The notes beneath the pieces are model-generated. The model did not search any database, was not told the DNA's origin, and was given only the letters and a program-made list of their open reading frames with translations. Shown one piece after another: positions 27,833 through 37,124 of a stretch of DNA of 64,000 bases. How positions within the stretch are numbered: position 1 is the first letter of the stretch; the number at the start of each line of letters is the position of its first letter. The position numbers and the translations under genes are program-made. This DNA comes from an uncultured Bdellovibrionales bacterium (GTDB taxonomy: Bacteria; Patescibacteriota; Minisyncoccia; Moranbacterales; UBA1568). Location: the NCBI GenBank assembly GCA_964580285.1, contig CAZOKB010000005.1:221-64220 (forward strand). Reading direction: 5' to 3'.

Positions 27833-30475
27833 CTAGCCGCTACAGCTCACGCAATCATCTTTGACTTCTCCTGAGAGGCTGCGGACATAGTAAACAGTCT
27901 TAATTTCCTTTTCCCAAGCCTGGAGATAATAGCCGTAGAGCTGAGCCGGGCTTACTCGAGAAGGATCGATCATCCACTCGAAGCTGATTGACTGGTCTAC
28001 CCACTTGTACACGACAGCGATGAGGTTGATGACATCAGCCATGTCCATGTGAATATATTCTTTGTAGAACCAGAAATTCTCTTTGGAAAGCTTCGGGGCC
28101 ACGCGAATCGTTGGGGCGGAGAGGTTTGTTTCAACGAAATAGCGCTTGTAGATAGGCAAGAGAGCGGCAGTAGTGCCAACCACGCCTGCCGTAGAAGTAT
28201 TGGGGGCAGGTGCGGTATGGTACGCAAAGCGGACACCATACTGCTTCATATCAGCAAAGAGCCGCTTCCATTCATCCGCAAAAGGGGTGTTTTTCTCGTA
28301 CCAGGAAAGCTCGCGTCCGAGTAAGCACCCTCGGGAATACTCGCTTCCCTCATAGAGCTCATACTTTCCGCGTTCTTGGGCGATATCGACCGAAGCGCGA
28401 TAGGTGTGAAAGGCATAGCGCTCAAAGAGACGATCGGTTTCCTGGCGTGCCTCCTCAGTATCGTAAGCAATTTTCCGTGTGGCTAAGTATTCCGCGAGTC
28501 CGAGATAACCGACGCCGACCGAACGGTAACGCAGAGCTGTCCGCTCGGATTCTTTGATCGGGTAATAATTGAGAGTGATGACATTATCGAGTACACGCAT
28601 GAGTACGGGGAACACATCAGCTATCACGGCAGGCTCATGAACGGTAGCTACATTGATGGAGGCAAGATTGCAGACCACAAGATCACCGGGTTCATAGCGG
28701 AGAATGATTTTGCCATCTTCAATAGTTTCTTCAACAAACTTTGAGGGAGAGGTGTTTTGGCAAATTTCTGTGCAGAGTTGGGTCGAGTAGATATTGCCAG
28801 CATGTTTATTAGGGTTGAGTCGATTCACGGTGTCACGGAAAAACACATACGGCATACCAGTCTCAACCGTGGTCTTAAGGAATTTCTTAAAGAGTTCTTT
28901 AGCCTTCATGGTCTTGCGCATACCGAGACGTTCATCACGCTCAAGCTCTTCGTAGAAATGGTCAAAATCTTCACCGAAACTGTCCTGGAGAGACTTCCCG
29001 TAGAGACTTTTGATTTCGTGGGGATCAAAAAGTGTCCATTCCTGATCATCTCGCAAACGACGCATGAAGAGATCTGGTATGGAAACAGCAGGAAAAATAT
29101 CAAAGGCTTTAGCACGGATATCGCCTGTTTCGGTTTGAAGATCAAGGAAATCATAAATATCCAGGTGCCAGAAATCCAGAGTCACGGAGATAGCTCCCAG
29201 GCGCGAACCGAGTTGATTGACGGCGACAGCAGTATCGTTAACCACCTTGATCCACGGGTTCACTCCCCCGGACATACCCTTCACTCCACGAATAGAGCTG
29301 CCTCGGGCTCGGATATTTCCTAGGTAGACGCCGACACCGCCACCAAATTTTGAAATTTGGGCCATGTTTTCTACTGCATGATAAATACCACGGAGATCAT
29401 CATCAACGTTGATCTTGAAGCAGCTGGAGAGCTGATGGTAATTGGTACGAGAATTGAGCAGTGTGGGTGTAGGGAGTGAAATACGCTGTCGGGAACAGTG
29501 CTCATAAATCTTGAGAGCTAGTTTGAGCCGATTTTCTTTTTTCTCAGGGATAGCTAAGAAGAGCGCGATGGACATGTACATCTCCTGAGGGAGCTCATGG
29601 ATGATCTTGTTGGGATTGAGAAGATAGCGCTTGATGAAAGAAACGATAGTGGTGTATTCGTAGCTTTCATCGGTCTCCTTGGAAAGCTGCTTGCCGGCCT
29701 CGAGAATCTCTTCTTCGGAGTAGTATTTGTAGAAATCCTTATAGTACAGACCCTTCTCAATATACGTATCGAAGTGGGCTTTATAGGCGGCAGCAGAATA
29801 GATATCTTTCTGGGCGAGACCACGGTTCTTAATAGCCTTTTTGTAGAGTCCGCCTAAGAGAATGCGAGCCGCGATGTTTTGCCACGCGATATTTTCTACG
29901 GTGACTAGATCAACGCAGGTCTTCACGAGTAAGGCTTCGATATCAGATGTTTTGATGTCGTTTACCAAATTCTTTTTGAAGGAATCCATCAAGTCTTCAA
30001 AACGGCATTCTTCCTCGTAGCCTTTAGAGGCTCGATCAAAAACGGCACGGAGTTTTTTGATATCGAAATATTCTTTCGATCCATCAGACTTGGTGACTTT
30101 GAGAGTCTTCTCTTCGAATTCGCGGACCAATCTCTCATGACGCTCTTCGCGTTCCTTTTTCCGCTCTTGCCGATAGAGAATGTAGGCCTTAGCCAGATCA
30201 AAACGATTGGACTTCACCAATTCTCGTTCGACAATATCCTGAATGTCTTCGACGGTAGGAATGCGATTGACGAAGATTTCGGAATAGACGCGCTCGATAT
30301 CCTGAATAACTTTGTCTGTTAACTCAGGAATGAATGCCTTGTCGGTGATAGCCAGGGCATCACAGGCAAGTTCAATGGCATGTTCGATACGGCTGCGGTC
30401 GAAAGGGATGACTTCTCCATCGCGGCGGCGGATTTTCTCTACGGGCATAGCTTTTGTGTTGTGGCGAGGCGCCAT
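27833..30475 (-). CDS. nrdA: Ribonucleoside-diphosphate reductase alpha subunit (class I) with an N-terminal ATP-cone
   Basis: 880 aa; ATP-cone at the N-terminus; active-site Cys motifs; C-terminal CxxC (CVSCSG). Confidence 0.9.
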   Translation of the reverse strand: MAPRHNTKAMPVEKIRRRDGEVIPFDRSRIEHAIELACDALAITDKAFIPELTDKVIQDIERVYSEIFVNRIPTVEDIQDIVERELVKSNRFDLAKAYILYRQERKKEREERHERLVREFEEKTLKVTKSDGSKEYFDIKKLRAVFDRASKGYEEECRFEDLMDSFKKNLVNDIKTSDIEALLVKTCVDLVTVENIAWQNIAARILLGGLYKKAIKNRGLAQKDIYSAAAYKAHFDTYIEKGLYYKDFYKYYSEEEILEAGKQLSKETDESYEYTTIVSFIKRYLLNPNKIIHELPQEMYMSIALFLAIPEKKENRLKLALKIYEHCSRQRISLPTPTLLNSRTNYHQLSSCFKINVDDDLRGIYHAVENMAQISKFGGGVGVYLGNIRARGSSIRGVKGMSGGVNPWIKVVNDTAVAVNQLGSRLGAISVTLDFWHLDIYDFLDLQTETGDIRAKAFDIFPAVSIPDLFMRRLRDDQEWTLFDPHEIKSLYGKSLQDSFGEDFDHFYEELERDERLGMRKTMKAKELFKKFLKTTVETGMPYVFFRDTVNRLNPNKHAGNIYSTQLCTEICQNTSPSKFVEETIEDGKIILRYEPGDLVVCNLASINVATVHEPAVIADVFPVLMRVLDNVITLNYYPIKESERTALRYRSVGVGYLGLAEYLATRKIAYDTEEARQETDRLFERYAFHTYRASVDIAQERGKYELYEGSEYSRGCLLGRELSWYEKNTPFADEWKRLFADMKQYGVRFAYHTAPAPNTSTAGVVGTTAALLPIYKRYFVETNLSAPTIRVAPKLSKENFWFYKEYIHMDMADVINLIAVVYKWVDQSISFEWMIDPSRVSPAQLYGYYLQAWEKEIKTVYYVRSLSGEVKDDCVSCSG

Positions 30476-30536
30476 TAAGAATGAGCGTGCTTAAAAAACA
30501 GGCTGAAGCGGAAACAGAATTTTGAAGGGAGAGGAA

Positions 30537-31139
30537 TTATTGTCCGAAACGTTTCTCGACTGCATTCCAGTGAATATGTCGGGCGAAGGCAGCTAAGTAC
30601 TCGGCGCGTTTAATGCCGTAATCAGAGAGGTAAGCGTGTTCAAAAACATCCAAAACGAGCAGGGGGCGTGTGCCAGCCAGGTGTCCGCCATCATGTTCTG
30701 TGACCCAGGTGTTGAAGAGCATCTTGCTTTCTGTATCTTCAACCAGGAGAGCCCACCCAATACCACGCATAGCGGCAAGACCAAGAAAGTCTTCCTGCCA
30801 AGCCTCGAGGCTGCCAAAGGTAGCTACGAGTTTTTCTTTTAGCGAGCCATCACCGAGCACTTGAGTTTCGGGACTGAGATTCTCAAAGTAGAGCTCATGT
30901 AAGCGCATACCATTCCACTCCCAGCCAAAACGGCGTTGGAGTTCAGCGCGCTCAGGAGTACCTAGGGTCTTGGTAGGTAGAAGCTCGAGTAGAGCGTTGG
31001 TATTTTTTACATAGCCTTCATAGAGGGCAAAATGATTCGAGAGCAGGGTATCGGAAAATCCTTCAGTACCGAGGAGAGCGGAAAAATCTTTTGGAGTATA
31101 GAGGGTCATAGTTTTAGATTTTACCAACGAGATCAACAC
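30537..31139 (-). CDS. sod: Fe/Mn superoxide dismutase
   Basis: 200 aa; the Fe/Mn-SOD metal-ligand motif DVFEHAY (DxWEHAYY type) present. Confidence 0.9.
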   Translation of the reverse strand: MLISLVKSKTMTLYTPKDFSALLGTEGFSDTLLSNHFALYEGYVKNTNALLELLPTKTLGTPERAELQRRFGWEWNGMRLHELYFENLSPETQVLGDGSLKEKLVATFGSLEAWQEDFLGLAAMRGIGWALLVEDTESKMLFNTWVTEHDGGHLAGTRPLLVLDVFEHAYLSDYGIKRAEYLAAFARHIHWNAVEKRFGQ

Positions 31140-31785
31140 CAGGCGTCAGTGTTTTGGCGCCAGGTTTCCAATTAGCTGGGCATACTTCTCCGCCGTGTTC
31201 GCGCACGAATTGAGCTGCCTCTATCTTTCGAATCAGCTCGGTAGCACTCCGCCCGATATTATTCGCGTGGACTTCATAGGCCTGGAGCACGCCATCTGGA
31301 TCGATAATGAAGGTGCCCCGACGGGCCAGGCCCTCTTCCTCGATATAGACACCAAATGAACGAGTCAGTGTGCCAGTGGGATCAGCTATGAGTGGATAGG
31401 TGACCTTAGAGATGGCTTTGGAATGATCATGCCAGGCTTTGTGAGTGAAAACAGTGTCCGTGCTCACTCCGTAGATTTCAACACCCAGCTCTTGGAATTT
31501 AGCGTAATGATCGGCGAGTTCTTCGAGTTCCGTTGGACATATGAACGTGAAGTCGGCTGGGTAGAAGAACAGTACCGCCCACTTCCCCTGCATCGCTTCG
31601 AGAGAGAACTTTTTGAACATATTCTCATGGAACATTTCAAAATCAAAATGAGGCACTATTTGGCCAATAACCGGGAGTATATTTTCGTTGCATCCCCCAC
31701 CGCAACACATATCGTTTTGCATAAACTTTTGTTTAAAAAATGTAAGAGGTTCTCGTAGAGTACTGCGCTCATTTTCTCTTGTCAA
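31114..31785 (-). CDS. ahpC: Peroxiredoxin (AhpC/TSA 2-Cys family); start codon uncertain
   Basis: [13 protein letters not shown] peroxidatic-Cys motif; the N-terminal ~40 aa of the ORF are likely not translated. Confidence 0.8.
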   Translation of the reverse strand: MTRENERSTLREPLTFFKQKFMQNDMCCGGGCNENILPVIGQIVPHFDFEMFHENMFKKFSLEAMQGKWAVLFFYPADFTFICPTELEELADHYAKFQELGVEIYGVSTDTVFTHKAWHDHSKAISKVTYPLIADPTGTLTRSFGVYIEEEGLARRGTFIIDPDGVLQAYEVHANNIGRSATELIRKIEAAQFVREHGGEVCPANWKPGAKTLTPGVDLVGKI

Positions 31786-32069
31786 ACATGGTATGTTTAA
31801 GCCATTTTGATTCCCTATATTCCATCACAGAAATTAAAATAATCAAGATGAATCAACTAGATATAGTGGTTTTATATAAAAGAATTACACAAGAGAGAAA
31901 TTTATAGGGAGTACAGTTCTTGAGCGAGTATTCCTGATGTAAGGCTGCTTCTGCCTAGAAACAAAAGAAGAGGGTGAGAGAATAAACGTAGCAAGAAGGC
32001 GCTCTGTACAAAAGTACTTTTTTCTGTTATATTTTCGCATCGGGTGGGTATTCTTTTGTAAGGCAAGAT

Positions 32070-33038
32070 ATGAGCCAAAAAGCTCTCTTTTCGAAAATGT
32101 ATATAGTGAAACGTCAGGAGGAAGGAATACGTCTGGATAGTTTTTTGTTTGGACGAGTAGACCAAGATCTCCCGGGAGTATTTTCTCGGGGTGCTCTCAC
32201 AGAAGGTATTCGGTGTGGACAAGTCGTGCATAACCAGAAACTGTCCTTGAAACCAAGCCAAAAGGTCCGTATGAATGATGAAATTCGCTGCGAACTCTCA
32301 TTACCAGAAGCATCAAAAAATCTCTCAGGGAAGCGAAATGCTCTTCAGTCGGCAGTTCTTTTTGAAGATGAACAGGTTATGTTTATCAATAAGCCAGCAG
32401 GACTCATGACTCATCCGGTGCGCCAGGGAGATATTTCGCTTGTAGACTGGATAGAAGAACATTATCCACAAGTTATGCTGGTTGGGGATAATTCGTTGCG
32501 GCCTGGGATTGTGCACCGTTTGGATAAAGATACTTCAGGTGTTCTAGTAATCGCAAAGACCGAGGCTGCTTTTGTTGAGCTGAAGCGACTTTTTCAGGAG
32601 AGAACAGTAGAAAAAACGTATTTTGCTCTTACTGAGGGTCATCTGAGTCAATCAGCAGGGAAAATAACGTTTACCTTAACTCGAATTCCTCACAGTGAAA
32701 AACGTTCGGTGCGCCGAGCGACCAATGATCCAGAGGCGCGACCAGCAATTACTCACTACCGAGTACTGAGGCAGCTCCAGAGTAGTGATTTTGTTGAAGT
32801 GTCACCCAAAACAGGGCGCACCCATCAGATCAGGGTGCATTTTTCTGCTCTGCAGCACCCGATTATCGGAGATCGTCTCTATGGGTTTCGTCGCAGAGCA
32901 TCTTCTCTGAAAGCTGCTCGTCACATGCTGCATGCGGGCAAACTCTCACTATCTCTTTTTGGGAAAACCTACAGTGTCGAATCTCCCCTGCCAGAAGATT
33001 TTGAAAAACTTCTTCAAGACTTGACGGCTGGCTGCTAA
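32070..33038 (+). CDS. rluD: RluA/RluD-family pseudouridine synthase (S4 domain plus catalytic HRLDxxTSG motif)
   Basis: 322 aa; contains HRLDKDTSGVLVIAKT. Confidence 0.85.
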   Translation: MSQKALFSKMYIVKRQEEGIRLDSFLFGRVDQDLPGVFSRGALTEGIRCGQVVHNQKLSLKPSQKVRMNDEIRCELSLPEASKNLSGKRNALQSAVLFEDEQVMFINKPAGLMTHPVRQGDISLVDWIEEHYPQVMLVGDNSLRPGIVHRLDKDTSGVLVIAKTEAAFVELKRLFQERTVEKTYFALTEGHLSQSAGKITFTLTRIPHSEKRSVRRATNDPEARPAITHYRVLRQLQSSDFVEVSPKTGRTHQIRVHFSALQHPIIGDRLYGFRRRASSLKAARHMLHAGKLSLSLFGKTYSVESPLPEDFEKLLQDLTAGC

Positions 33039-33156
33039 TTAGTTATGCTAGTGAGGCTTTGAAATCCGGTATCTGCCGTATTTTTCGTTTAGAACACAGG
33101 TTAATTGATTTTCTTGCCGCTGCCAGAGGAGAAGGCCGCGGAAGACAGAGAAGACT

Positions 33157-33651
33157 ATGCATCAGGCACTCATTGCTTTTAATAAGAATATCCGCGCTAC
33201 GAAGCAGTTTTCAGACATGCAGGCGGGTGACGTGGTAAAGATTTTCCGTAAGATTAAGGAAGGAAATAAAGAACGTTTGCAGGCTTTTCAGGGCACGATT
33301 ATTGCTCTGCGCGGCGGTCAGAGTTCATCTCCTACTATTACAGTCCGTAAGGTTTCGTTTGGGGTGGGTGTCGAGCTCGTGCTCCCCTTGTATTCTCCGC
33401 AAATTGATCATATCGAATTCGTGAAGCGCACGCGTGCTCGTCGCGCCAAGCTGTACTTCGTGCGTGAGAAGTCGGTAAAGGTGCTCTCCAAGAAGCTTAA
33501 AGAAGTTTCCATGAAGAAGGTAGTGGTGCCTGAAGAGGGGAAGAAAGAAGAAGTAACCCCGGAAGTATTAGAAGAAGCAATTGTTGCTAAAGAAGCCGCT
33601 CAGGCAGCCAAAGAAGCGGAAGGAGTGGCAGCAGAAGAAACGAAGGAATAG
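33157..33651 (+). CDS. rplS: 50S ribosomal protein L19 with a Lys/Glu-rich C-terminal extension
   Basis: The first ~115 aa match the L19 family; roughly 45 extra low-complexity C-terminal residues. Confidence 0.85.
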   Translation: MHQALIAFNKNIRATKQFSDMQAGDVVKIFRKIKEGNKERLQAFQGTIIALRGGQSSSPTITVRKVSFGVGVELVLPLYSPQIDHIEFVKRTRARRAKLYFVREKSVKVLSKKLKEVSMKKVVVPEEGKKEEVTPEVLEEAIVAKEAAQAAKEAEGVAAEETKE

Positions 33652-33666
33652 GGGCTCCTTCATATT

Positions 33667-33714
33667 GCCCAGGTGGCGGAATTCCTGCCTGCCGGCAGGC
33701 AGGGGTATACGCGC
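33667..33714 (+). pseudogene. Duplicated 5' fragment of tRNA-Leu(GAG), interrupted by a perfect 20-bp palindrome
   Basis: gcccaggtggcggaatt + CCTGCCTGCCGGCAGGCAGG + ggtatacgcgc; the two flanks together match the first 28 nt of the tRNA (the adjacent 3 upstream nt also match, giving a 31-bp direct repeat from 33664). Confidence 0.7.
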
Positions 33715-33722
33715 AGCGCGTT

Positions 33723-33959
33723 ATGAATTGGATAGCTTACGCATTAAAAAGCCAAAAAGACGGGACACTGTATATTGGAATGACATCAGATATTGAAAAG
33801 AGACTAAAACAGCATAATACTGGAAAAACTTCTTCCAATAGACATCGTATCCCGTTTGAAATTCTTTATACAAGAGAGTTTCAAACGCGAATCGAAGCAA
33901 GGGAGTGGGAAAAGTATTTAAAGTCTGGTTCCGGAAGAGAGTTTTTAAGGAGTTTATAA
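33723..33959 (+). CDS. Small GIY-YIG nuclease-domain protein
   Basis: 78 aa; contains YIGMTSDIEKRLKQHN; the N-terminal tyrosine signature reads YALKS, not the canonical GIY. Confidence 0.7.
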   Translation: MNWIAYALKSQKDGTLYIGMTSDIEKRLKQHNTGKTSSNRHRIPFEILYTREFQTRIEAREWEKYLKSGSGREFLRSL

Positions 33960-33964
33960 GAATT

Positions 33965-34048
33965 GCCCAGGTGGCGGAATTGGTATACGCGCTAGCTTGA
34001 GGTGCTAGTTCTCGCAAGGGATTGGAGGTTCGAGTCCTCTCCTGGGCA
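33965..34048 (+). tRNA. tRNA-Leu (anticodon GAG), type II with a long variable arm
   Basis: Manual cloverleaf fold: acceptor GCCCAGG/CCTGGGC, anticodon loop TTGAGGT. Confidence 0.8.
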
Positions 34049-34122
34049 CAAAAAGCGGAAAGCTGGCGGCGAGCCGGCTTTCTTCTTTTGGAGACTTCCT
34101 TTACAATAAGACGGTATCAGAA

Positions 34123-34196
34123 GGGCAATTAGCTCAGTTGGTTAGAGCATCTCGTTTACACCGAGAGGGTCAGAGGTTCGAGTCCTCTATTGCCCA
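34123..34196 (+). tRNA. tRNA-Val (anticodon TAC)
   Basis: Cloverleaf fold; anticodon loop TTTACAC; T-loop TTCGAGT. Confidence 0.8.
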
Positions 34197-34340
34197 CAAA
34201 CCTAAGGTTTGCAAGAATCAGTTTCTTTGATATTGTTGACTTTGTGGTTGCAAAAGCCGGAGTAGCTTCTGCCCATGGCGGACCCGCCTCGGGCGGGCAG
34301 TGGTTCCTCGTAGTTTAGATCAAGAGGCATTATCAAATAT

Positions 34341-34412
34341 GCCGGAGTAGCTCAGTGGTAGAGCGAAGGACTGAAAATCCTTGCGTCGGCAGTTCAATTC
34401 TGCCCTCCGGCA
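34341..34412 (+). tRNA. tRNA-Phe (anticodon GAA)
   Basis: Cloverleaf fold; anticodon loop CTGAAAA. Confidence 0.8.
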
Positions 34413-34460
34413 CAGGCGTGAAAAGAAGCAAGAGAAAAGCGTGAGAGATGGAATGGCTTT

Positions 34461-34533
34461 GGGACTGTAGCTCAGCGGTTAGAGCAGGCGGCTCATAACC
34501 GCTTGGTCGATGGTTCGAATCCATCCAGTCCCA
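34461..34533 (+). tRNA. tRNA with CAT anticodon (elongator Met, or Ile2 after lysidinylation by TilS)
   Basis: Cloverleaf fold; G1:C72 pair, so not an initiator tRNA; anticodon loop CTCATAA. Confidence 0.7.
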
Positions 34534-34590
34534 CTAGGGTTGAAAGACATGTATTATTGCTTTCGTTGAGATCTTTCTCAAGAGAGTGCC

Positions 34591-34662
34591 GCGGGTATCG
34601 TATAGCGGCTATTATGTGACCTTGCCAAGGTCAAGATACGGGTTCGACTCCCGTTACCCGCT
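34591..34662 (+). tRNA. tRNA-Gly (anticodon GCC)
   Basis: Acceptor GCGGGTA/TACCCGC; anticodon loop TTGCCAA. Confidence 0.75.
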
Positions 34663-34807
34663 CAGCTAAAAATGAGGCTCTCCAGAGCCTTGTTTTTTAT
34701 TACCCCTAAAGACAGTCGAACTAGGGGTGGACAAAATTTATAAAATATGCTATTATGTATCGTCGTCAAGCTTGGCGACGCGTGTCCTTTTGAAAGGAGT
34801 TATCAAA

Positions 34808-35203
34808 GTGAACAATCAACTGAGAGCGGCATTTCTTCAAGCGGGCCTGATTCCTGAAAAGCAGGTTCGTGAAGCAGACGCCGAGCAATTCCTTCGCGCG
34901 GAAATGGAGGCAGCAAAGCGGGCAAAACCCGCAAAGGAAAAAGAAAAGCGTATGGGAATTCTTGCGAAGACCACCGCGCCCGACCTCTTTCGTCGCGAAG
35001 CTCGAAAGACACTCCTTCTTTACCCAGATGTCTTGCAAGAGATCATTAGTCTCGCGCATGCTCAAGGGATGAAGGAGAAAAAGTCCAAAGGTGGTTCGTG
35101 GCTTGTCGCGAATCTCTACCAACTTCGCGAGGCGCTCACCCAACCCGGTCTGTCTGACGAAGCCAAAAAGGCACTCGTCGACAAGCTGTTCGCCAACAAG
35201 TAG
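34808..35203 (+). CDS. Hypothetical Lys/Ala-rich protein (GTG start preferred)
   Basis: AAAGGAG ribosome-binding site before GTG at 34808; followed by a strong nested hairpin terminator at 35268-35310. Confidence 0.4.
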   Translation: MNNQLRAAFLQAGLIPEKQVREADAEQFLRAEMEAAKRAKPAKEKEKRMGILAKTTAPDLFRREARKTLLLYPDVLQEIISLAHAQGMKEKKSKGGSWLVANLYQLREALTQPGLSDEAKKALVDKLFANK

Positions 35204-35382
35204 GTTCGCGGTTGCGGACTGTTTCTACGGAGGAACCAAGCTATGATTGTCATGTGAACAACCGCTATTGCCCAATGGGTAGAGCGGTTTTCTTATTTTT
35301 ATACGAAGTTAGTCCTAACCCTCTGTACCAGCCAGCTCAAAAGAACCAAAAGATCCGGATTTCCCGGGTCTTTTGATTTTAT

Positions 35383-35425
35383 CCACAGCTTATACAGCTG
35401 ATATTGGCTGTGGATAGCCTGTGTA
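35383..35425. promoter_or_regulatory. Palindromic pair of DnaA-box-like motifs remote from oriC
   Basis: TTATCCACAGC-N19-GCTGTGGATAG: a 10-bp inverted repeat carrying TTATCCACA and CTATCCACA, within an AT-rich noncoding stretch. Confidence 0.4.
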
Positions 35426-35549
35426 TACGTACTTATGCTTTATTACCAAACAAAGTGAGCGAAATTAAAGCTTGCTTTTATTTCCGAACGCAGTGCCGGT
35501 AAAATAGGGTTAATACCCTTTATTATAGCCAAATACCAGTATTTAAGTA

Positions 35550-35578
35550 TTGACATAGTATTAAAAGTATGCTAATAT
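35550..35578 (+). promoter_or_regulatory. Sigma70-type promoter TTGACA-N17-TAATAT upstream of the 3D-domain gene
   Basis: Hexamers and 17-bp spacing read directly from the sequence. Confidence 0.5.
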
Positions 35579-35647
35579 ATACAGTTGCATGAAATGGCAA
35601 CCCAGCTCCTGTACGCAGGACCGCGGCTAAGCTTCTGAAAGCAATCT

Positions 35648-36208
35648 ATGCGTTTATGGGTGATGGTAGCGTTTCTTTTGAGCATGAGTATGCTCCCAAT
35701 AGCTACCGCGCAGGCAGAAAGCACCGTTGAATATCAAAATACGAAAGAATTGCCCCTTGAAAAGACCTATGATTTCCGTGAGGATCCCTTTCTGTTAGAG
35801 TGGACCTTTGGGCAAACCGAAAGTGCGGTTGCTCCAGCTGAAACTGAAGCGAAAGAGCTTGAAAACAAGGTCCTGGCTCGTTGGAAAGACAAGCAGGCGA
35901 TAAAATGGGCCGCTCTTCCTCGGGAGAAATTCATTGTTAATGCTTCGGCGTATACGGCTGCGGCTAATGAATGTGGTAATAATAAGGGCATTACCTCTTC
36001 CGGTCTCAAGGTGGAGGAAGGACGCACCCTGGCTTGCCCACCAGAATTTCCTTTCGGTGCTAAAATCTACATCGAAGGTGTCGGTGAGCGTCGTTGTGAA
36101 GATCGGGGTGGTGCGATTAAGGGAAACCATGTGGATATCTACATGGAAACCAAGAGCGATGCCTTTGCCTTTGGACGCCAGCTTCTTGAGGCGTACGTGG
36201 TCGAATAA
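35648..36208 (+). CDS. Secreted 3D-domain (MltA-like/YuiC-like) cell-wall-binding protein
   Basis: 186 aa; signal peptide; C-terminal 3D domain with conserved Asp residues. Confidence 0.75.
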   Translation: MRLWVMVAFLLSMSMLPIATAQAESTVEYQNTKELPLEKTYDFREDPFLLEWTFGQTESAVAPAETEAKELENKVLARWKDKQAIKWAALPREKFIVNASAYTAAANECGNNKGITSSGLKVEEGRTLACPPEFPFGAKIYIEGVGERRCEDRGGAIKGNHVDIYMETKSDAFAFGRQLLEAYVVE

Positions 36209-36298
36209 CTTTTTGGAAAAGTCCGTCACAAAGGAGGCGGATTTTTCCTTTTATTGACTCACGACTCCCCTTTCGATACACTGAAATACATGACAATT

Positions 36299-36369
36299 GG
36301 TCCGATGGCCGAGCGGTTAGGCACAGGTCTGCAAAACCTTTTACAGCGGTTCAACTCCGCTTCGGACCT
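36299..36369 (+). tRNA. tRNA-Cys (anticodon GCA)
   Basis: Acceptor GGTCCGA/TCGGACC; anticodon loop CTGCAAA; D-arm is irregular; preceded by TTGACT-N17-TACACT (36254-36282). Confidence 0.6.
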
Positions 36370-36381
36370 CAGGTTGTATAT

Positions 36382-36466
36382 GCCGTGGTGGCGGAATTGG
36401 TAGACGCAGAGGACTTAAAATCCTCCGACTGAATAAGTCGTGCGAGTTCGATTCTCGCCCGCGGCA
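36382..36466 (+). tRNA. tRNA-Leu (anticodon TAA), type II
   Basis: Acceptor GCCGTGG/CCGCGGC; anticodon loop CTTAAAA; followed by terminator aaaagaccgg...ccggtcttttt (36469-36501). Confidence 0.8.
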
Positions 36467-36483
36467 CATAAAAAAGACCGGAA

Positions 36484-37071
36484 TTAACGCCCGGTCTTTT
36501 TAATAGTTTCAAGGAGTTTTGGAATCTTGAGAAAGTCTTGCTTGAGGGTTTCTCGCATACTGCCATTATAGAGCGCTGCGGCTGGGTGATACAGAGCAAA
36601 AAAAATGCGTGGACCCATATCAGGAAAGGTTCTCCGAAAAGCCTGTCCATGCACTTCGGAAATACGTTTGCCTGGGAGGAAGTTTTCCATGGCATGTCTG
36701 CCAAGGGTAACAATAAGGAGTGGATCGATAAGATTAATTTGATCCACTAACCATTCGCGGCAAGCAACTTTCTCTTCCGGAAGCGGGTCACGATTTTCGG
36801 GTGGGCGATACTTTACAACATTCGTAATGTAGATATCTTCACGCTTGAGGTGTATCGAAGCGAGCATCTCATTCAAAAATTTTCCAGCAGCTCCAACAAA
36901 AGGAATACCCTGGAGATCCTCATTCTTTCCGGGGGCTTCGCCAATAAAGAGAATATCGGCATCTGCAGAGCCATCACCAGGCACGGCGTGTGTGGCTGTG
37001 TGACGCAAAACGCACGCACAAGTAAGGATATGACGAGCATTGATAGTGTCCAGTTCTTTTGTCTTTTCCAT
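36484..37071 (-). CDS. Family 4 uracil-DNA glycosylase
   Basis: 195 aa; GEAPG and Cys-cluster motifs. Confidence 0.8.
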   Translation of the reverse strand: MEKTKELDTINARHILTCACVLRHTATHAVPGDGSADADILFIGEAPGKNEDLQGIPFVGAAGKFLNEMLASIHLKREDIYITNVVKYRPPENRDPLPEEKVACREWLVDQINLIDPLLIVTLGRHAMENFLPGKRISEVHGQAFRRTFPDMGPRIFFALYHPAAALYNGSMRETLKQDFLKIPKLLETIKKTGR

Positions 37072-37124
37072 ACGTACTCAGAAACAATAAAATGAGCATA
37101 TCATTTCTGATAAGTCTCACAAAG

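Noticed and set aside
34333-34524. ORF 34333..34524 (-) and other small ORFs lying on tRNA genes
   Set aside because: It sits entirely antisense to tRNA-Phe and tRNA-Met, a typical spurious ORF.
35580-35647. c-di-AMP (ydaO) riboswitch upstream of the 3D-domain cell-wall gene
   Set aside because: The leader is only ~65 nt, too short for a ydaO-type riboswitch. Only two small hairpins are present.
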